Shown here: one piece after another, positions 36,841 to 39,464 of the stretch
Position numbering within the stretch: position 1 is the first letter of the stretch
Layout: every line of letters starts with the position of its first letter
Source: an uncultured Candidatus Bathyarchaeia archaeon
GTDB taxonomy: Archaea; Thermoproteota; Bathyarchaeia; TCS64
DNA: 39,464 nt
Assembly (NCBI GenBank): GCA_964499305.1
Contig: CAZCKR010000001.1
Coordinates: forward strand, 1 to 39,464
Reading direction: 5' to 3'
The notes under the pieces: generated by a model
Databases searched by the model: none
Seen by the model: only the letters and a program-made list of their open reading frames with translations
What the model was told of the DNA's origin: nothing
Made by a program: the position numbers and the translations under genes

Positions 36841-38490
36841 ATGTCTGGCAAGGAAACGGAACAAAAACTACGTGGTGGGTATTACACTCCTAGAGAAATT
36901 ACTGATTTCATTTGTGACTGGGCGATTATCTCGGAAACTGATATAGTCCTGGAACCAAGTTGTGGCGACGGCAGATTTCTCGAATCAATAATAGAAAAGT
37001 TGCATTCTAAAGGATGTTCCATGGATAAAATATCAGAAAATGTTCATGCCGTTGAATTATATCCTAAAGAGGCAAAAAAAGCAGTTGATAATTTATTAAA
37101 GTTGGGTGTTCCTAATGCACAGGATATTGTAAAAGTCTCTGACTTTTTCTTATACTACGAGTCTGAAATAAACAAGACCCAGTTTGATGTTGTTGTGGGA
37201 AATCCTCCCTTTATCAGGTACCAAAATTTTCCAGTAGAGTATCGCGAACGTGCAATCCGTAATATGAAGAAACTAGGGCTAAATCCTAACAGATATACGA
37301 ATACGTGGGTTCCTTTTCTTGTACTTTCTATTGATCTTTTGAAGCCCGGTGGGCGAATTGGTATGATTATACCTGCTGAATTATTCCAGGTAGGATATGC
37401 ATCAGAAACTAGAGAATTTTTGAGTGCTCATCTTGACAACTTGACCATTATAATGTTTAAAAAACTGTTATTCAAATCAGTGCAACAAGAAGTTGTGCTG
37501 GTTCTCGGTGAAAAAAACCAGTCTCTTAATCCTAAAATTCGAATAGTTGAGTTTGAAAATCTCTATGATTTATCTAATTTTACTAATAGTAGGATTAATT
37601 TGAACTCACTAAATTTGAACGAATATAAACCATTAATCAAATCTGATGAAAAATGGACACAATATTTCCTTGATACTAGTGAAATTAAATTTCTAAATAA
37701 AATGAAAAAAAATCCTCATATAACATGGTCAAATGAATACTATGATGTTGATGTAGGGGTGGTTACTGGAAGAAATAATTTTTTTATTTTGAGTAAGGAT
37801 GAAGTTGAAGAAAAAGGACTTGAATCTGAGGTCATACAAATTGTGACTCGGTCCTCTCATCTCAAAGGTTTAATTTTCGAAAAAAATGATTTTATCGATA
37901 ATATTGAATCTGGTTATTCCTCTTATCTTTTTAGACCTTCTCCCATTAAGGGTCTTTCAGATTCTGCAGTTACGTATATTAAAGAAGGTGAAAAATCGAA
38001 TTACCATTTAGGGTATAAGTGTAGAATTAGGGATCCTTGGTATATTGTGCCAACTTTATGGGTTCCTGATGCATTTATGCTTCGGCAGGTCCATGATTTT
38101 CCCAAATTAATTGCGAATCAAACGAATGCCACATGTACGGATACAATTCATCGTGTAAAGTTCAAGAAAGAAACTCAGTTAACCATAATACCTGCTTTTA
38201 TGAATTCATTGACCTATGCATTTTCTGAAATCACTGGAAGGAGCTATGGAGGCGGTGTACTGACATTTGAACCAAGTGAAGCCGAACGTTTACCAATACC
38301 TAATAAAAACCACGATATCTTAGATATTGAAAAATCTGATGCCATTTTACGTACTCAAGGTATTGACGCTGTTCTCGATTATCATGATAATATTTTGCTT
38401 AAAAAGGGTCTTGGTATGAGTGATCCCGAGATATCAGTTCTAAGAGCCATTTGGCAAAAGTTACGTGATAGACGAATAAACCGAAAATAA
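36841..38490 (+). CDS. stand-alone N6-adenine DNA methyltransferase (Eco57I-M-like companion methylase)
   Basis: GGYYTP motif X, motif I LEPSCGDGRFL, motif IV VGNPPF (nt 37201-37212), and a C-terminal YGGGVLTFEPSEAERLPIP block typical of this MTase family. GGAG 8 nt upstream of the ATG and 8 nt after the upstream stop. Confidence 0.85.
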   Translation: MSGKETEQKLRGGYYTPREITDFICDWAIISETDIVLEPSCGDGRFLESIIEKLHSKGCSMDKISENVHAVELYPKEAKKAVDNLLKLGVPNAQDIVKVSDFFLYYESEINKTQFDVVVGNPPFIRYQNFPVEYRERAIRNMKKLGLNPNRYTNTWVPFLVLSIDLLKPGGRIGMIIPAELFQVGYASETREFLSAHLDNLTIIMFKKLLFKSVQQEVVLVLGEKNQSLNPKIRIVEFENLYDLSNFTNSRINLNSLNLNEYKPLIKSDEKWTQYFLDTSEIKFLNKMKKNPHITWSNEYYDVDVGVVTGRNNFFILSKDEVEEKGLESEVIQIVTRSSHLKGLIFEKNDFIDNIESGYSSYLFRPSPIKGLSDSAVTYIKEGEKSNYHLGYKCRIRDPWYIVPTLWVPDAFMLRQVHDFPKLIANQTNATCTDTIHRVKFKKETQLTIIPAFMNSLTYAFSEITGRSYGGGVLTFEPSEAERLPIPNKNHDILDIEKSDAILRTQGIDAVLDYHDNILLKKGLGMSDPEISVLRAIWQKLRDRRINRK

Positions 38491-38579
38491 TTACTTAAAT
38501 TTATAGTGTGCGCGAAACCGTTTAAGAACCCTCTTCCATTAAAAGAACCCATATAACAACCCTTTTCAGGAGATTTGGG

Positions 38580-38593
38580 TGGTAGCCCGGAAG
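38580..38593. repeat. 14-nt direct repeat TGGTAGCCCGGAAG, copy 2 (isolated tRNA-Gln 3'-end fragment)
   Basis: Exact match to 33585-33598. The flanking sequence is not tRNA-like. Confidence 0.55.
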
Positions 38594-38721
38594 GTACTAT
38601 ATTATCCAAGCCTCTACCAGATAATTAACTTAATCGAACCTTTTTCGAGTATCAATTCACTTTAAACCATCCCCTCGATTCATCAAACAGGTAACCCATT
38701 GACGCGCAACGGGGCACCGCC

Positions 38722-39269
38722 TTGAGGGGATACATCTTCACCGAGACCGAGCGAAAGATGCTGAGAAAATGGATCGAAAAAGGAGAGGAACCCAAGACAG
38801 CCACAGTGCTGTTCTCCAGAATGAGAAGAACCAAACCCACACTCATGGAGGACATCAAACTCTACTTAGACACGAGAAAACGCCTGGTCGCACAACATCG
38901 CTGGAGATTAAACGTACCCCACACCCTAATCACCAGACATCTAGAAGGACTCGCATCGACCCCCACCAGAAGAGAAGAACCTACATAGACAGGCTCGAAC
39001 AACTCTGGGCCCAGCTGGACACCATAATCACAGACCCGGAAACCGACCAGCGCACCCGCATCAAAGCCATGAACACCCTCATGCGCTGCCTCCAAATCGC
39101 CTACGGAATGGTAGAGGCAATCGAAATAGAGCAGATCGAGAAAGACATCAGGAAACTCGAAGAACAGGTAGCCCAAGAGGAGCACCTCGGGTACAAGCAA
39201 CCCGGAGACACACACACCCATAAAAAACCTCAAAGTTACCGCCCACTGTTACCAACACACAGACCATAA
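38722..39269 (+). pseudogene. frame-disrupted small element gene (two overlapping coding-like frames)
   Basis: Frame A (38722-38988) begins MRGYIFTETERKMLRKWIEKGEEPK... Frame B becomes protein-like only from about 38980 (YIDRLEQLWAQLDTIITDPETDQRTRIKAMNTLMRCLQIAYGMVEAIEIEQIEKDIRKLEEQ) and has no start codon there. This suggests one gene broken by a frameshift. Confidence 0.4.
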
Positions 39270-39284
39270 AACGAGAGGCAGCCC

Positions 39285-39322
39285 CGGAGGGTTACAGGTT
39301 CAACTCCTGCGGGCGGGACCAC
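39285..39322 (+). repeat. attR: displaced copy of the tRNA-Tyr 3' half
   Basis: CCGGAGGGTTACAGGTTCAACTCCTGCGGGCGGGACCA. No upstream tRNA 5' half. The A at 39295 would break the T stem. Confidence 0.85.
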
Positions 39323-39464
39323 TTCTCGCGGGTGTTCAAAACTCTAGTATTATAACTGGGATCACGTTCATTGTTCTCGGTATAGCTGTCTGGGGTGTGG
39401 ACGCTGAAGCACGGCTATCTGGTAGGCATATCGGTTCTTTTACTGTGCTCAGTGGTCGCGTTTG

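Larger units (their letters stand above)
33500..39284. mobile_element. integrated element remnant (about 5.8 kb) inserted at the 3' end of tRNA-Tyr; composite of a low-GC R-M cassette and a GC-rich arm; no integrase seen
   Basis: Bounded by the 38-nt tRNA-Tyr direct repeat. GC drops from about 60% to about 30% between 33500 and about 38690. The content is foreign (R-M genes, extra tRNA). Confidence 0.7.

Noticed and set aside
33500-39284. Search for an integrase/recombinase, including a split SSV-type int across the att sites.
   Set aside because: No ORF on either strand shows tyrosine- or serine-recombinase features, and nothing coding reads through attL or attR. The open frame crossing attR (39224 to the window end) has no start codon and no recognisable motifs.
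1-39464. CRISPR arrays, rRNA genes, IS elements with terminal inverted repeats.
   Set aside because: Reading both strands revealed no regularly spaced repeat arrays, rRNA-like sequence or transposase ORFs.

Overview
High-GC (about 60% by eye) archaeal chromosome segment. The gene content looks crenarchaeal/Thermoproteota and hyperthermophile-like: GINS-MCM, Orc1/Cdc6, L7Ae-S28e-L24e-NDK, RpoN-uS2-MEMO-MVK-IPK-IDI2-GGPPS, and an intron-containing tRNA-Tyr with C1-G72. Positions 1-33300 are densely packed housekeeping genes: TrmB regulator, RDD/zinc-ribbon membrane proteins, SDR epimerase, TatD, a four-subunit group-3b (sulfhydrogenase-type) NiFe hydrogenase operon, SAM methyltransferase, AIR-synthase-like protein, Orc1/Cdc6 plus a small wHTH gene, the mevalonate/isoprenoid cluster, GluRS, an ArsM/PadR divergent pair, ribosomal proteins, NDK, inositol-1-phosphate synthase, a stand-alone DCD (PUA-like) protein, 2-hydroxyacid dehydrogenase, MCM, GINS, Ogg, MtnA and a CBS protein. 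The accessory part is 33383-39322. A tRNA-Tyr(GUA) gene is followed by a 5.8 kb insertion, and the insertion ends with a 38-nt copy (1 mismatch) of the tRNA-Tyr 3' half, giving an attL/attR pair. Most of the insertion is a roughly 30% GC island with two large genes: an Eco57I-like type IIG system (1011-aa nuclease+MTase+TRD fusion and a 549-aa companion N6-adenine MTase). The island also carries a weak-stemmed tRNA-Gln(CUG) on the minus strand, and is itself bracketed by a 14-nt direct repeat identical to that tRNA's 3' end. I found no integrase. The GC-rich right arm holds only a frame-disrupted small ORF. This nested, integrase-less, tRNA-bounded R-M cassette is the most interesting item. 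Lesser items are an in-frame stop that cuts a zinc ribbon off a membrane protein, a candidate ncRNA locus, an AT-rich repeat region near orc1/cdc6, a Cys-rich PadR next to ArsM with repeated operator-like sites, and the archaeal DCD protein. All calls come from reading the sequence and ORF translations; no searches were run.
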